Positions 20,238 to 30,161 are shown, numbered from the stretch's first letter. The stretch: 64,000 nt of DNA from Pyrinomonadaceae bacterium (GCA_046313635.1 JBKBYA010000001.1:799481-863480); one strand, 5' to 3'. The notes: generated by a model from the sequence alone, not told the origin. Numbers and translations are program-made.

Positions 20238-20822
20238 CTAGAGCGAGATCCTGAAGTCGCCGATCTCGTCCTCTTCGTGACGGCGAGTGAGTTCTTCCTC
20301 GACCATTCGCTCGATCTGCGTCTGGTTAAATCGGCGGACCAGTATCACCGACCCGATGATCGCCATCAGCAGCAGTATGCCGACGATCTCGACCGGCAGC
20401 AGGTACTCGGTGTACATCGCCGCGCCGATGCTGAGCGTCTTGCCGACCGTCTGCGTCTCGTCGACATCGCGATTCGGCGCACGCATCACGGCGTAAAAGA
20501 CAAAAAACGTCTGGACCAGAAGTATCAGTCCAAGCCCCGCGCCGACCGCGTTGAGGTACTTCAGGCGTGCAAGCGGCTTGTCGTCCTCTAGATTCAAAAG
20601 CATGATCACAAAGATCACGAGCACCATGATCGCGCCGGCGTAGATCAGCACCTGCACCGCCGCGATGAACGGCGCCGCGAGCGTGACGTAGATGCACGAG
20701 AGCGACAGGAATACGCCGATCAGCGAGATCGCGCTGTAGAGCGGATTGCGGTGATAAACGGTCGACAGGGCGCACGCTATCGCGAGGCCGGCAAAGACGA
20801 AGAAAAGAGCTTCACTGATCAT
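20238..20822 (-). CDS. nuoJ: NADH-quinone oxidoreductase subunit J
   Basis: NPLYSA, QVLIYAGAIMVLVIFVIMLL, YLLPVE. Confidence 0.96.
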   Translation of the reverse strand: MISEALFFVFAGLAIACALSTVYHRNPLYSAISLIGVFLSLSCIYVTLAAPFIAAVQVLIYAGAIMVLVIFVIMLLNLEDDKPLARLKYLNAVGAGLGLILLVQTFFVFYAVMRAPNRDVDETQTVGKTLSIGAAMYTEYLLPVEIVGILLLMAIIGSVILVRRFNQTQIERMVEEELTRRHEEDEIGDFRISL

Positions 20823-20824
20823 CA

Positions 20825-20896
20825 GAGTGACGAGCGACGAGTGACGGTCGACGAGCGGCCCGGTCCGGGCCCGCTCATCGCATCGGCACAGGTCAC
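20825..20896. repeat. Heptamer-array palindrome (GAGTGAC type) at the nuoH-nuoJ junction
   Basis: gagtgac gagcgac gagtgac ggtcgac gagcgg-cccggtccggg-cccgctc, then a degenerate opposite arm. Confidence 0.7.
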
Positions 20897-21990
20897 GAAT
20901 TCAAAAAGTAGACCGTCACGATGGTGACGATCACGTTCAGCAGTGCGAGCGGGAGCAGGAACTTCCACCCGAAATTCATCAGCTGATCGAAACGGAAACG
21001 CGGCAGCGTGCCGCGGATCCAGATGTAAAGGAACAGGAACGCGCAGATCTTGCCGATAAAGGCAAAGTGGCTGACGATCGCGTACGGCACCGAACCCGGC
21101 TCAAAGATGTGACCGAGCCCCGGCACGTACCAGCCGCCGAGAAACAGCACCGTCGCCATCACCGAGACCGTGAACATATTCACGTACTCGGCCATGAAAA
21201 ACAGAGCGAACTTGAGCGCGCTGTACTCGGTGTGAAATCCGGCGACGAGCTCGGTCTCGGCCTCCGGCAGGTCAAACGGGACGCGATTGGTCTCGGCGAA
21301 CGCCGCAATGAGAAAGACGACGAACGCGATGAACTGCGGGATGATAAACAGCCGCATATACCACGGTGACGCGATCTGGGCTTCGATGATCCCGTTCAGG
21401 TCGAGCGTGCCGGCGAGCATTACCGGGCCGAGCACCGCGGCGCCCATCGCGAGCTCGTACGAGATCATCTGTGCCGACGAACGGAGGCCGCCCATCAGCG
21501 AATACTTGCTGTTCGACGCCCAGCCGGCGAGAGCGATGCCGTAGACGCCGACCGATGTGATGCCTAGTACGAAAAGCACGCCGACATCGATCCTCGCGAG
21601 AGTGAGCGGCAGTACCGTGACGCCCTCGGCCAATCCGAACGGAATGATCTCGCCCCAATTTATCGTCGTGATCGCCGGGCCGAACGGGTAAACCACCATC
21701 GGCAAAAGCGCCGCCGTCAGCGCGACCATCGGCGCGAGGTAGTAGACGAACTTGGTCGACTTGTCGGGTACGAGGTCCTCTTTGAAGATGAACTTCAGAA
21801 GGTCTGCGAATGGCTGCAGCAGTCCCCACGGGCCGACGCGGTTAGGGCCGATGCGTCCCTGGATCCAGCCGAGCACCTTGCGCTCGGCGAGCACCGTGTA
21901 CGCGACGATTATCAGCACCATCTGAAACGCGATCAGCGCTCCGACGAGGTACACGATAAATGGAAATGCGGTCTTTAGTACGGATTCCAT
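20893..21990 (-). CDS. nuoH: NADH-quinone oxidoreductase subunit H
   Basis: ERKVLGWIQGRIGPNRVGP, AETNRVPFDLPEAETELVAGF, PRFRFDQLM. Confidence 0.97.
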   Translation of the reverse strand: MESVLKTAFPFIVYLVGALIAFQMVLIIVAYTVLAERKVLGWIQGRIGPNRVGPWGLLQPFADLLKFIFKEDLVPDKSTKFVYYLAPMVALTAALLPMVVYPFGPAITTINWGEIIPFGLAEGVTVLPLTLARIDVGVLFVLGITSVGVYGIALAGWASNSKYSLMGGLRSSAQMISYELAMGAAVLGPVMLAGTLDLNGIIEAQIASPWYMRLFIIPQFIAFVVFLIAAFAETNRVPFDLPEAETELVAGFHTEYSALKFALFFMAEYVNMFTVSVMATVLFLGGWYVPGLGHIFEPGSVPYAIVSHFAFIGKICAFLFLYIWIRGTLPRFRFDQLMNFGWKFLLPLALLNVIVTIVTVYFLNS

Positions 21991-21993
21991 CTT

Positions 21994-22218
21994 CTACAAA
22001 AGCCTTTTGAATTCCTCGAGTGTCAGGCCCACCTGACGAATTATCCCTCTCAGCGTCCCCTTTGCCAGTTCCTTGTGATCCGGCACGACTATTCGCCGGA
22101 ACGGCTGCTCGGCCTGGCGCAAAATGTTGTGGCTGCCCTTCTGCCGGTCGAATTCGTAACCGACCTTATTAAGTGCCTTGACCGCCTCGCGACCCTATAT
22201 GCGAGGGATCTCGCTCAA
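21994..22218 (-). pseudogene. hicA: HicA-family mRNase toxin with an in-frame TAG at codon 8
   Basis: TTG start overlapping the hicB stop; reads MSEIPRI*GREAVKALNKVGYEFDRQKGSHNILRQAEQPFRRIVVPDHKELAKGTLRGIIRQVGLTLEEFKRLL; TAG at 22197-22195. Confidence 0.88.
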
Positions 22219-22427
22219 GCCGCAACCTCCACGACCTCTTCCGTGATCGACGGCGGAACAGGTTCGCCGTGTGCCTCGAGGCTCTCGATGTAAGCCTCGA
22301 TCGCCTCGCGGATGTTATCGAGAGCCTCACCGCGGGTCGTGCCCTGTGAAATGCAGCCGGGCAGCGACGGAGCTTCCGCCACAAAGGCTCCGTCCTCGTC
22401 CTGCTCGATCAAAACACGAAACTTCAT
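22215..22427 (-). CDS. hicB: HicB-family antitoxin (short form, no DNA-binding domain)
   Basis: IEQDEDGAFVAEAPSLPGCISQGTTRGEALDNIREAI; GGAG ribosome-binding site. Confidence 0.92.
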   Translation of the reverse strand: MKFRVLIEQDEDGAFVAEAPSLPGCISQGTTRGEALDNIREAIEAYIESLEAHGEPVPPSITEEVVEVAA

Positions 22428-22451
22428 CTAAGTCTCCATTATCGCCGCTGC

Positions 22452-24719
22452 CTACTTGTTGACGCCGAGGTTTGCACGGTCCTCGATACCGACGGCCATG
22501 ACGAGTTCTTCCTGCTTGACGGTGCCGTCGAGGTTGAACTGATCGAGCGGCGCGACGAGCAGGTTGTCCGGCTTCGGATTGCCGTGGGCCAGCAGGTGGA
22601 ACTGCGGCGTCTTGCTCGTCATCGTCGTCAGGCGGTGAAGCTTGTGACCGACATTCGGCGTCTCGGTATTCTTGCCCGCGTTGTCGGGCAGGGCATTCAC
22701 GCTCGTGCGAAGCTCCGCAACGAATGACGATGCGTCGGCATTCGCGTTGACGCTGTGCTTGACCTGGACCGGCATCGACTCGTCCTTGAGCGCCGGGTAA
22801 CGCAGGCCCGCGTAGGCCGGAACGGTGTCGGCGATCACGCGAAAGATGCCCGATGCCGACGGTTCGAGACCGAGGTCGAGGCCCATCGCCTTGGCGATCG
22901 ATGAGGTGATCAGCCAGTCGGCCTTTGATTGATGCAGAGCTTCGATCGCCTTGCGGACGCGCTGCACGTTGCCGGCGTTGTTTGTGTATGTGCCGTCCAC
23001 CTCGGCAAAGCTCGACGCCGGAAATACGACGTCGGCGTGGTCGGTCGTCTCGGTCAGGAACATCTCCTGCACGGCGACAAATTCCTTGCCCGCCAAGAGC
23101 CCCGCATCCTGCAGGCTGCCGCCGATCAGGAGCACGCGCGAATTGCGGACGACCTCGTCGACCGGTTTGCGAGCGGGCATCATGTCGGCCGCGCCGAGCG
23201 AGTTGTTGTGCCGCGGCAGCGGATGGATCGTGACCTTTCGTGCGTCTGAGGCGAATCGGCCCGCGGACGCCGCGATCGCAGCCTGCGCCGCCGGCGAGAG
23301 ATCGCTGCCGATCATCACGACGATGCCGCCCTCGGTCTCGCCGATGGTCTGCAGCATCCGGTCAAATTCAGCGCGGTCGATGCCGAGTTTGCCCGCCGCC
23401 GCATCGTCGATCGAATCGGCGAAGGCAAGCGCAAACGCATCGTACGAGCAGCGATCGATGTGAATGAACTGGGTCGCAGACTCTTTAAGCCGGATCGGCG
23501 TGTCGTTGACGAGGACGAAATTCGCTCCGCCGTTGCGCACGGCCTGTCGGATCTGCTTGGCCGTAAAGGTTTGCTCCTCTTCAGGCTCGCCGCCGATGAG
23601 AATGATCGTCTTGGCGTGGCGAATGTCGCTGTGCAGCGCGAGCGGAGCGCTGAGATTCTCGTACACGGCCCGCATATCGGTCGCGTCCGAAACCGCCATC
23701 GGAGCACCGGCAGCCTCGGCGAATTTGCGCATCGCGAAGATCGCCTCGTTCGTCATCCGCGGGCTCGCGACGACGCCGAGGTTCGAACCTGCTTCGCTGA
23801 ATTTGCCGGCAACGAATTCGATCGCCTGGTCCCACGTGGCCGGAATGAGCTTGCCGCCTTTCGCGTAGCGGATCATCGGCGTCTTGACGCGGTCGGGCGA
23901 GTCGATGAAGCCGTGACCAAAGCGGGCCTTGACGTCGAGAAACTCTCCGTTAAGACCGTTGACGTAACGATCGCGAGCGACGATGCGGTGCACCTGGCCG
24001 CCGCGCGAGCCGATGCTGATCTGCATTCCGTCGGAGCCGTAGCAGTCGGTCGAAACGGTCTGGTCGAGCTCCCACGGCCGCGTCTCGTGACGATAGACGC
24101 CGTCGAGCAAAGTGCCGGTCGGGCAGACCTCGACGCAGTTCCCGCACTGCGAACAGCCCAGCCACCCGCCGTACGTTCCGATCACGGTGTTGACGCCGCG
24201 GTTGCCAGCCTCGATCGCCTGCTCGCCCATCCACTCGTCGCAGACGCGCGTGCAGCGTTTGCAGAGAATGCAGCGCTGCGGGTCGTTGGCGACGATCGGC
24301 GAGAGATACTTTTCGGGCTGGGTGTTCTTACGCTCGCTGAAGCGCTCCTCGACATCGCCCCAGTCGAATATGACCTCCTGCAGCTCGCATTCGCCGCCGC
24401 GGTCGCAGACAGGGCAGTCGAGCGGGTGATTGGCGAGCAGGAATTCGCCCATCGCACGCTGCGCCTTTTCGATCTCTTCGCTCTGCGTTGTGACGACCAT
24501 CCCGTCGGTGCAGGTGATGGTGCACGACGTCTGCAGCTTTGGCATCTTTTCGATGCGGACGAGGCACATGCGGCACGAGGCCTGCAGCTCGAGGTCCTTG
24601 TAATAGCAGAACGACGGAATGCCGTAGCCTTTTTCGTGGCAGACGTCGATCAGACGCTCGCCCTTCGGCACCTCGTATTCCTGGCCGTTGATCGTAACCT
24701 TGATTGATTCTGTAGACAT
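22452..24719 (-). CDS. nuoG: NADH-quinone oxidoreductase subunit G
   Basis: CY...SCRMC (N1b), HPLDCPVCDRGGECELQ (N5), CILCKRC; position in the nuo operon. Confidence 0.95.
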   Translation of the reverse strand: MSTESIKVTINGQEYEVPKGERLIDVCHEKGYGIPSFCYYKDLELQASCRMCLVRIEKMPKLQTSCTITCTDGMVVTTQSEEIEKAQRAMGEFLLANHPLDCPVCDRGGECELQEVIFDWGDVEERFSERKNTQPEKYLSPIVANDPQRCILCKRCTRVCDEWMGEQAIEAGNRGVNTVIGTYGGWLGCSQCGNCVEVCPTGTLLDGVYRHETRPWELDQTVSTDCYGSDGMQISIGSRGGQVHRIVARDRYVNGLNGEFLDVKARFGHGFIDSPDRVKTPMIRYAKGGKLIPATWDQAIEFVAGKFSEAGSNLGVVASPRMTNEAIFAMRKFAEAAGAPMAVSDATDMRAVYENLSAPLALHSDIRHAKTIILIGGEPEEEQTFTAKQIRQAVRNGGANFVLVNDTPIRLKESATQFIHIDRCSYDAFALAFADSIDDAAAGKLGIDRAEFDRMLQTIGETEGGIVVMIGSDLSPAAQAAIAASAGRFASDARKVTIHPLPRHNNSLGAADMMPARKPVDEVVRNSRVLLIGGSLQDAGLLAGKEFVAVQEMFLTETTDHADVVFPASSFAEVDGTYTNNAGNVQRVRKAIEALHQSKADWLITSSIAKAMGLDLGLEPSASGIFRVIADTVPAYAGLRYPALKDESMPVQVKHSVNANADASSFVAELRTSVNALPDNAGKNTETPNVGHKLHRLTTMTSKTPQFHLLAHGNPKPDNLLVAPLDQFNLDGTVKQEELVMAVGIEDRANLGVNK

Positions 24720-24750
24720 TTATGTTGATCGCCTGCGCGGGGCGATGGAC

Positions 24751-24915
24751 TTATTCTTCCTTCTTCTTGCGTTTTGCTTTAGGCGCCGAAGCGGCCGCGT
24801 CGGCCGACTCGCTCTGAGCGGGCGGCACGTGGGCCTTTTTCGGTTTCGGACGCGTCTTGCCAAAGCTGCCCGCAAAGATCTTTCCGCGGCGGGAGCGCTT
24901 GTCACCTTTTCCCAT
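24751..24915 (-). CDS. thx: 30S ribosomal protein bTHX (54 aa), not in the ORF track
   Basis: MGKGDKRSRRGKIFAGSFGKTRPKPKK matches the GKGD.R..RGKI..G..GK.RP signature; GGAGAGG ribosome-binding site. Confidence 0.88.
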   Translation of the reverse strand: MGKGDKRSRRGKIFAGSFGKTRPKPKKAHVPPAQSESADAAASAPKAKRKKKEE

Positions 24916-24947
24916 TTATTTGATCCTCTCCGTTTTTAAGATTCTCC

Positions 24948-25005
24948 CTTTGCGTCTTTGCGACTTAGCGGGAGAAGTCTCCCGCAGAGACGCAAAGATG
25001 CAAAG
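24948..25005. repeat. Octamer-array palindrome (CTTTGCGT/ACGCAAAG) at the nuoF-thx junction
   Basis: 28-bp arms with 4 mismatches around a 2-nt loop. Confidence 0.85.
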
Positions 25006-25024
25006 AAAATCGATTCAAATAGAT

Positions 25025-26335
<1,311 letters not shown>

Positions 26336-26343
26336 ACAAAATC

Positions 26344-26504
26344 CGTGTCAGTAGCCCGCACGTAAGCAAGGGCTCAACTCTATTCAGACGCTTCGTCGAT
26401 CAAACTGTGGCCCCGATGCCGCACCTGCGAATTGTCGCGTGTCGGCACAATAAGCTGTTTACTTATTACGCTGAGCCCTTACTTACGTGCGGGCTACTGA
26501 CACG
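26344..26504. repeat. REP-like inverted-repeat pair (REPIN/MITE-like) between nuoE and nuoF
   Basis: 33-bp terminal inverted repeats CGTGTCAGTAGCCCGCACGTAAG(C/T)AAGGGCTCA with one mismatch; each arm has GTAG followed by an AGCCC..GGGCT mini-palindrome. Confidence 0.8.
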
Positions 26505-26529
26505 CTCTGCGGCCGTCGATCAGAAGCGA

Positions 26530-27057
26530 TCACTTCAACGAGTCGAGTATCTGGTCAACCTTTTCGGTCGTCAGGTCCTCGTGGTAATCAAACCCGATCT
26601 GCATCATCGGCGCGGTGCCGCAGCTTCCTAAGCATTCGACCATCGAAACGGTGAACTTGCCGTCGGGCGTCGTTTCGCCGGGCTTGATGCCGAGCTTTGT
26701 GCAGATATGGTTTGTGATGTCCGGCTCACCCATGATCTTGCACGAGAGCGTCTTGCAGATCTGGATGTGGTGACGTCCGATCTTGCGCAGATTGAACATC
26801 GAGTAAAAGGTCGCCGTCTCCCAGATATCGGTGACCTTAAGACCGAGGAACTGCGCCAAAAAGTTAACGCCCGGATTGTCGATATAGCCGCGCTCGCGCT
26901 GGACGATAAAGAGCAGCGGGATCAGCGCCGAGCGGCTGCGGTCGGGCGGATACTTCGCAAGGTGCGAACGCATCTCCTCGACCACCTCGGGCGAGAATTC
27001 GGCGACCTCACGCGTGTAGTCGACCTGGTCTGTGTATGTTGTCGGAACTGCGGCCAT
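26530..27057 (-). CDS. nuoE: NADH-quinone oxidoreductase subunit E
   Basis: ATFYSMF, CKTLSC, ECLGSCGTAP. Confidence 0.96.
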   Translation of the reverse strand: MAAVPTTYTDQVDYTREVAEFSPEVVEEMRSHLAKYPPDRSRSALIPLLFIVQRERGYIDNPGVNFLAQFLGLKVTDIWETATFYSMFNLRKIGRHHIQICKTLSCKIMGEPDITNHICTKLGIKPGETTPDGKFTVSMVECLGSCGTAPMMQIGFDYHEDLTTEKVDQILDSLK

Positions 27058-27128
27058 GTCAGTTGTCGGTGGTCAGTGGTCAGTGGTCAGGATCGGAAAA
27101 AGCCGATCGCCGGCCGCTGAAAGCTGAC
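27058..27128. repeat. Heptamer-array palindrome (GTCAGTG/CTGACAG) at the nuoD-nuoE junction
   Basis: gtcagtt gtcggtg gtcagtg gtcagtg gtcag ... ccgatcg ccggccg ctgaaag ctgac. Confidence 0.8.
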
Positions 27129-27130
27129 AG

Positions 27131-28348
27131 CTATCTATCAATTTCTCCAAGCACGATATCGAGCGAGCCGATGATCGCGACGACGTCGGCGATCATTTCG
27201 CCTTCGCTCATCACTGGCAGAGCTTGAAGGTTTACGAAGCTCGGCCCGCGGAAGTGCACACGGTCGGGTTTTGGCCCGCCGTTAGAGCGCATATAGACGC
27301 CGAGCTCGCCCTTCGAAGCCTCGATCGGCATATACACCTCGCCCGCCGGCACGTTAAAGCCCTCGGCGACGATCAGGAAGTGATGGATCAGCGAGTCCAT
27401 ATGCTTTCGCATATCGTCGCGGTCGGGCAGCACGACCTTTGGAGCGTCTGCCTTGATCGGCCCGGGCTTGAGCCGCTCGAGCGCCTGTCGGACGATCTTC
27501 CACGACTCGCGGAGCTCGCGCATACGGACCATGAATCGCGACCAGACGTCGCCGTCCGGCTCGACCGGGACCTCAAAATCGTATGTCTCGTATCCTGAAT
27601 ACGGATTATCGCGGCGCAGGTCGATATCGACGCCGCTGCCGCGCAGGCACGGGCCGGTCAGGCCCCAGTCGATCGCGTCCTCGGCCGAGATGACGCCGAT
27701 GCCTTTTGTGCGAGCCTGCCAGAGAGTGTTGCCTGTGAGGAGCGTGTCAAAGGTGTCGAGCGCCTCGGGAAAGTCGTCGAGAAACTGTTTGCACCGGCGT
27801 TCAAAGCCCGCCGGCAGGTCCATCATCAGACCGCCGATGCGGAAGTAGCTCGGCGTCATTCGCCCGCCCGAAGCCGACTCGATCATGTTCAAGATCTTTT
27901 CACGCTGGCGGAATGCGTAGAAAAAGACCGACATCGCCCCGATATCGAGCGCGTGCGTGCCGAGCCAGACCATGTGCGAGGCGATCCGCTGCAATTCGCA
28001 GAACAGGACTCGGATGACCTGTGCCCGCTCGGGGATCTCGAGCTGCAGGAGCTTTTCGGCGGCCATCACATACGCGAGGTTGTTGCCGAGCGGATTGAGG
28101 TAATCCATCCGGTCGGTGATGACGATGCCCTGCTGATACTTTTTGTACTCAAAGAGCTTCTCCATTCCCGTATGGAGATAGCCGATGTCCGGTATCGCCT
28201 TGACGACCAGCTCGCCGTCGAGCTTGAGCTCGAGACGCAGCACGCCGTGCGTCGACGGGTGCTGCGGCCCCATCGAGAGCGTCATCTGCGTCTCGAGGGC
28301 CGAGTCGAGGACGTCGGTGCCGGGCAAATTTTCTACCGCTGTACTCAT
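27131..28348 (-). CDS. nuoD: NADH-quinone oxidoreductase subunit D
   Basis: MGPQHPSTHGVLRL, GYLH, DRMDY, DIVLGEIDR. Confidence 0.97.
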   Translation of the reverse strand: MSTAVENLPGTDVLDSALETQMTLSMGPQHPSTHGVLRLELKLDGELVVKAIPDIGYLHTGMEKLFEYKKYQQGIVITDRMDYLNPLGNNLAYVMAAEKLLQLEIPERAQVIRVLFCELQRIASHMVWLGTHALDIGAMSVFFYAFRQREKILNMIESASGGRMTPSYFRIGGLMMDLPAGFERRCKQFLDDFPEALDTFDTLLTGNTLWQARTKGIGVISAEDAIDWGLTGPCLRGSGVDIDLRRDNPYSGYETYDFEVPVEPDGDVWSRFMVRMRELRESWKIVRQALERLKPGPIKADAPKVVLPDRDDMRKHMDSLIHHFLIVAEGFNVPAGEVYMPIEASKGELGVYMRSNGGPKPDRVHFRGPSFVNLQALPVMSEGEMIADVVAIIGSLDIVLGEIDR

Positions 28349-28350
28349 AT

Positions 28351-28436
28351 CGATTTTGGATTTTGGATTTTCGATTTTGGGTCGGCTGAGTCGTTCTTAC
28401 CTCAATCCGAAATCCAAGATCTGAAATCCAAAATCG
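28351..28436. repeat. Heptamer-array palindrome (GATTTTG/AAATCCA) at the nuoC-nuoD junction
   Basis: gattttg x4 ... caatccg aaatcca agatctg aaatcca aaatcg. Confidence 0.9.
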
Positions 28437-28438
28437 TC

Positions 28439-28924
28439 CTAGCTCATGCTGTACGGCTCGTAGCCGCGCAGCGGGTAATCCTTTCTCAGCGCGTGTCCGT
28501 CAAAGTCGGACGGCAGCAATATCCGCCGCAGGTCCGAGTGGCCGTCAAATATCACGCCTATGAGGTCATAGGTCTCGCGCTCGTGCCAATTCGCCGTCTT
28601 CCAAACGGTCTCGACCGTCGGCAGGTGCGGGTCGTCCTCGCTGACCATCACCTTGAGCCGCAGGCGGCCTTTGTGAATCGTCGAGAAAAGGTGATAGTTG
28701 ACCGCAAATCGCGGCTCCTCTTCTGGGCCGCGGTCGACGCCGCAAAGGTCGGCGAGCAGGTTAAATCCGTGCAGAGCCTTCAGCGAACGGCACGCGTCAA
28801 CAATATGCTCGCGGGGCACGGTGACGGTCACCTCGCCGAGAGCTTCGACCACGTTTGCGACCCAGGCCGGATCCTCCGCTTTGAGCTTTTCGACAATGTC
28901 GAGCAAAGCCGCTGTGTCTAACAT
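28439..28924 (-). CDS. nuoC: NADH-quinone oxidoreductase subunit C
   Basis: ANWHERETYDLIG, GHSDLRRILLP, GHALRKDYPL. Confidence 0.96.
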   Translation of the reverse strand: MLDTAALLDIVEKLKAEDPAWVANVVEALGEVTVTVPREHIVDACRSLKALHGFNLLADLCGVDRGPEEEPRFAVNYHLFSTIHKGRLRLKVMVSEDDPHLPTVETVWKTANWHERETYDLIGVIFDGHSDLRRILLPSDFDGHALRKDYPLRGYEPYSMS

Positions 28925-28968
28925 AAAAAGATAAAAGCGGCGCCTAAAACACCGCTAACTCAATTCTC

Positions 28969-29616
28969 CTACGACTGACGCCGCCGCTCGTGGCGCGCGG
29001 GGATGGTGTACGGACGAGAGGTCTTGTTTTCGGCGACCTCGATCTCGGTCGCGAGTTCGAGTGCCGTGCCCTCGGTAACGGGCAGCGTGCCGGGAACGCG
29101 AGATTCGCGCGACTCCTGATCGAATGTATCGCGGCGGTCCTTGACCGACTCCTTCATGATCTTGTCCTGGAGCATCGTGATCGCGTGCACCAGCATCTCG
29201 GGCCGCGGCGGGCAGCCCGGGATGTAGATATCGACCGGCACGATCTTGTCGACGCCCTGAACGATGGCGTAATTGTCAAAGACGCCGCCCGACGTCGCGC
29301 ACGCGCCCATCGAAATGACCCATTTCGGCTCGGGCATCTGGTCGTAAACGCGCCGCAGCACGGGAGCCATCTTGCGCGAGACGCGGCCCGAGACGATCAT
29401 TACGTCGGCCTGCCGCGGCGACGCGCGAAAGGTCTCGGCACCGAAGCGCGAAAGATCGTTGCGGGCCGAGACGGTATTCATCATCTCGATCGCGCAGCAT
29501 GCGAGCCCGAATGTCGCCGGCCAGAGACTGGATTTGCGTGCCCAGTTGACGACGGCGTCGAGCTTGACCGTCAGCACGTCGGGAAGCGACTCGAATAACG
29601 TGTTCTCTAATCCCAT
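28969..29616 (-). CDS. nuoB: NADH-quinone oxidoreductase subunit B
   Basis: [32 protein letters not shown]; start at MGLENT after GGAGGT. Confidence 0.97.
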   Translation of the reverse strand: MGLENTLFESLPDVLTVKLDAVVNWARKSSLWPATFGLACCAIEMMNTVSARNDLSRFGAETFRASPRQADVMIVSGRVSRKMAPVLRRVYDQMPEPKWVISMGACATSGGVFDNYAIVQGVDKIVPVDIYIPGCPPRPEMLVHAITMLQDKIMKESVKDRRDTFDQESRESRVPGTLPVTEGTALELATEIEVAENKTSRPYTIPARHERRRQS

Positions 29617-29633
29617 ACCTAGACCTCCGGGCC

Positions 29634-30161
29634 TTACGACCGCTGAACGGAACGACCAAGAACGTCGGCACCCGCCGGCTCGAGGCGAACGCCGGGAGCG
29701 ATCTCTCGGTTCTTGCGTGCGAGCTCCTGAGCCTCGGCCCTTGCTTCGGCGCGTGCCTGGAGACCCCAGTCGAACGTACCTTTTTTCCAAATGTAGATGT
29801 ACCCGGCGACCAGCGTCGCGATAAAGACAAGTATCTCGACAAAGGCTATTGTCCCGTAAAGCACGCCGGTCGAGGCCTGCTCGGCGAGCAGAAACTTGAA
29901 CGCCACCGCGAAGGGCACCATAAAGAGGACTTCGATATCGAACAGCAAAAATATGACCGCGACCGAGTAGAACTTGATCGAGTATCGGTCTCGTGCCGAC
30001 CCGACCGGGTCCTTGCCGCTCTCGTACGGCATCAGCTTGGCTGCCGTGCGCTTACGCGGCCCGATAAGCTGCGTGACGAGAAGCTGGCTCAGGCCGAAGC
30101 CGAGCGCGACGATGAACATGATGCCGATCGGCGCGTAATCCATGAGGCTAAAATCCGACAT
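29634..30161 (-). CDS. nuoA: NADH-quinone oxidoreductase subunit A (with C-terminal extension)
   Basis: [28 protein letters not shown]. Confidence 0.96.
   Translation of the reverse strand: MSDFSLMDYAPIGIMFIVALGFGLSQLLVTQLIGPRKRTAAKLMPYESGKDPVGSARDRYSIKFYSVAVIFLLFDIEVLFMVPFAVAFKFLLAEQASTGVLYGTIAFVEILVFIATLVAGYIYIWKKGTFDWGLQARAEARAEAQELARKNREIAPGVRLEPAGADVLGRSVQRS

Noticed and set aside
22195..22197. Pyrrolysine or recoded amber codon in hicA
   Set aside because: TAG is used as a normal stop by many genes here and no pyl genes are present; a nonsense mutation is simpler
24720..24905. 61-aa ORF-track call between nuoG and nuoF
   Set aside because: Wrong frame; the overlapping 24751-24915 frame has a ribosome-binding site and the bTHX signature
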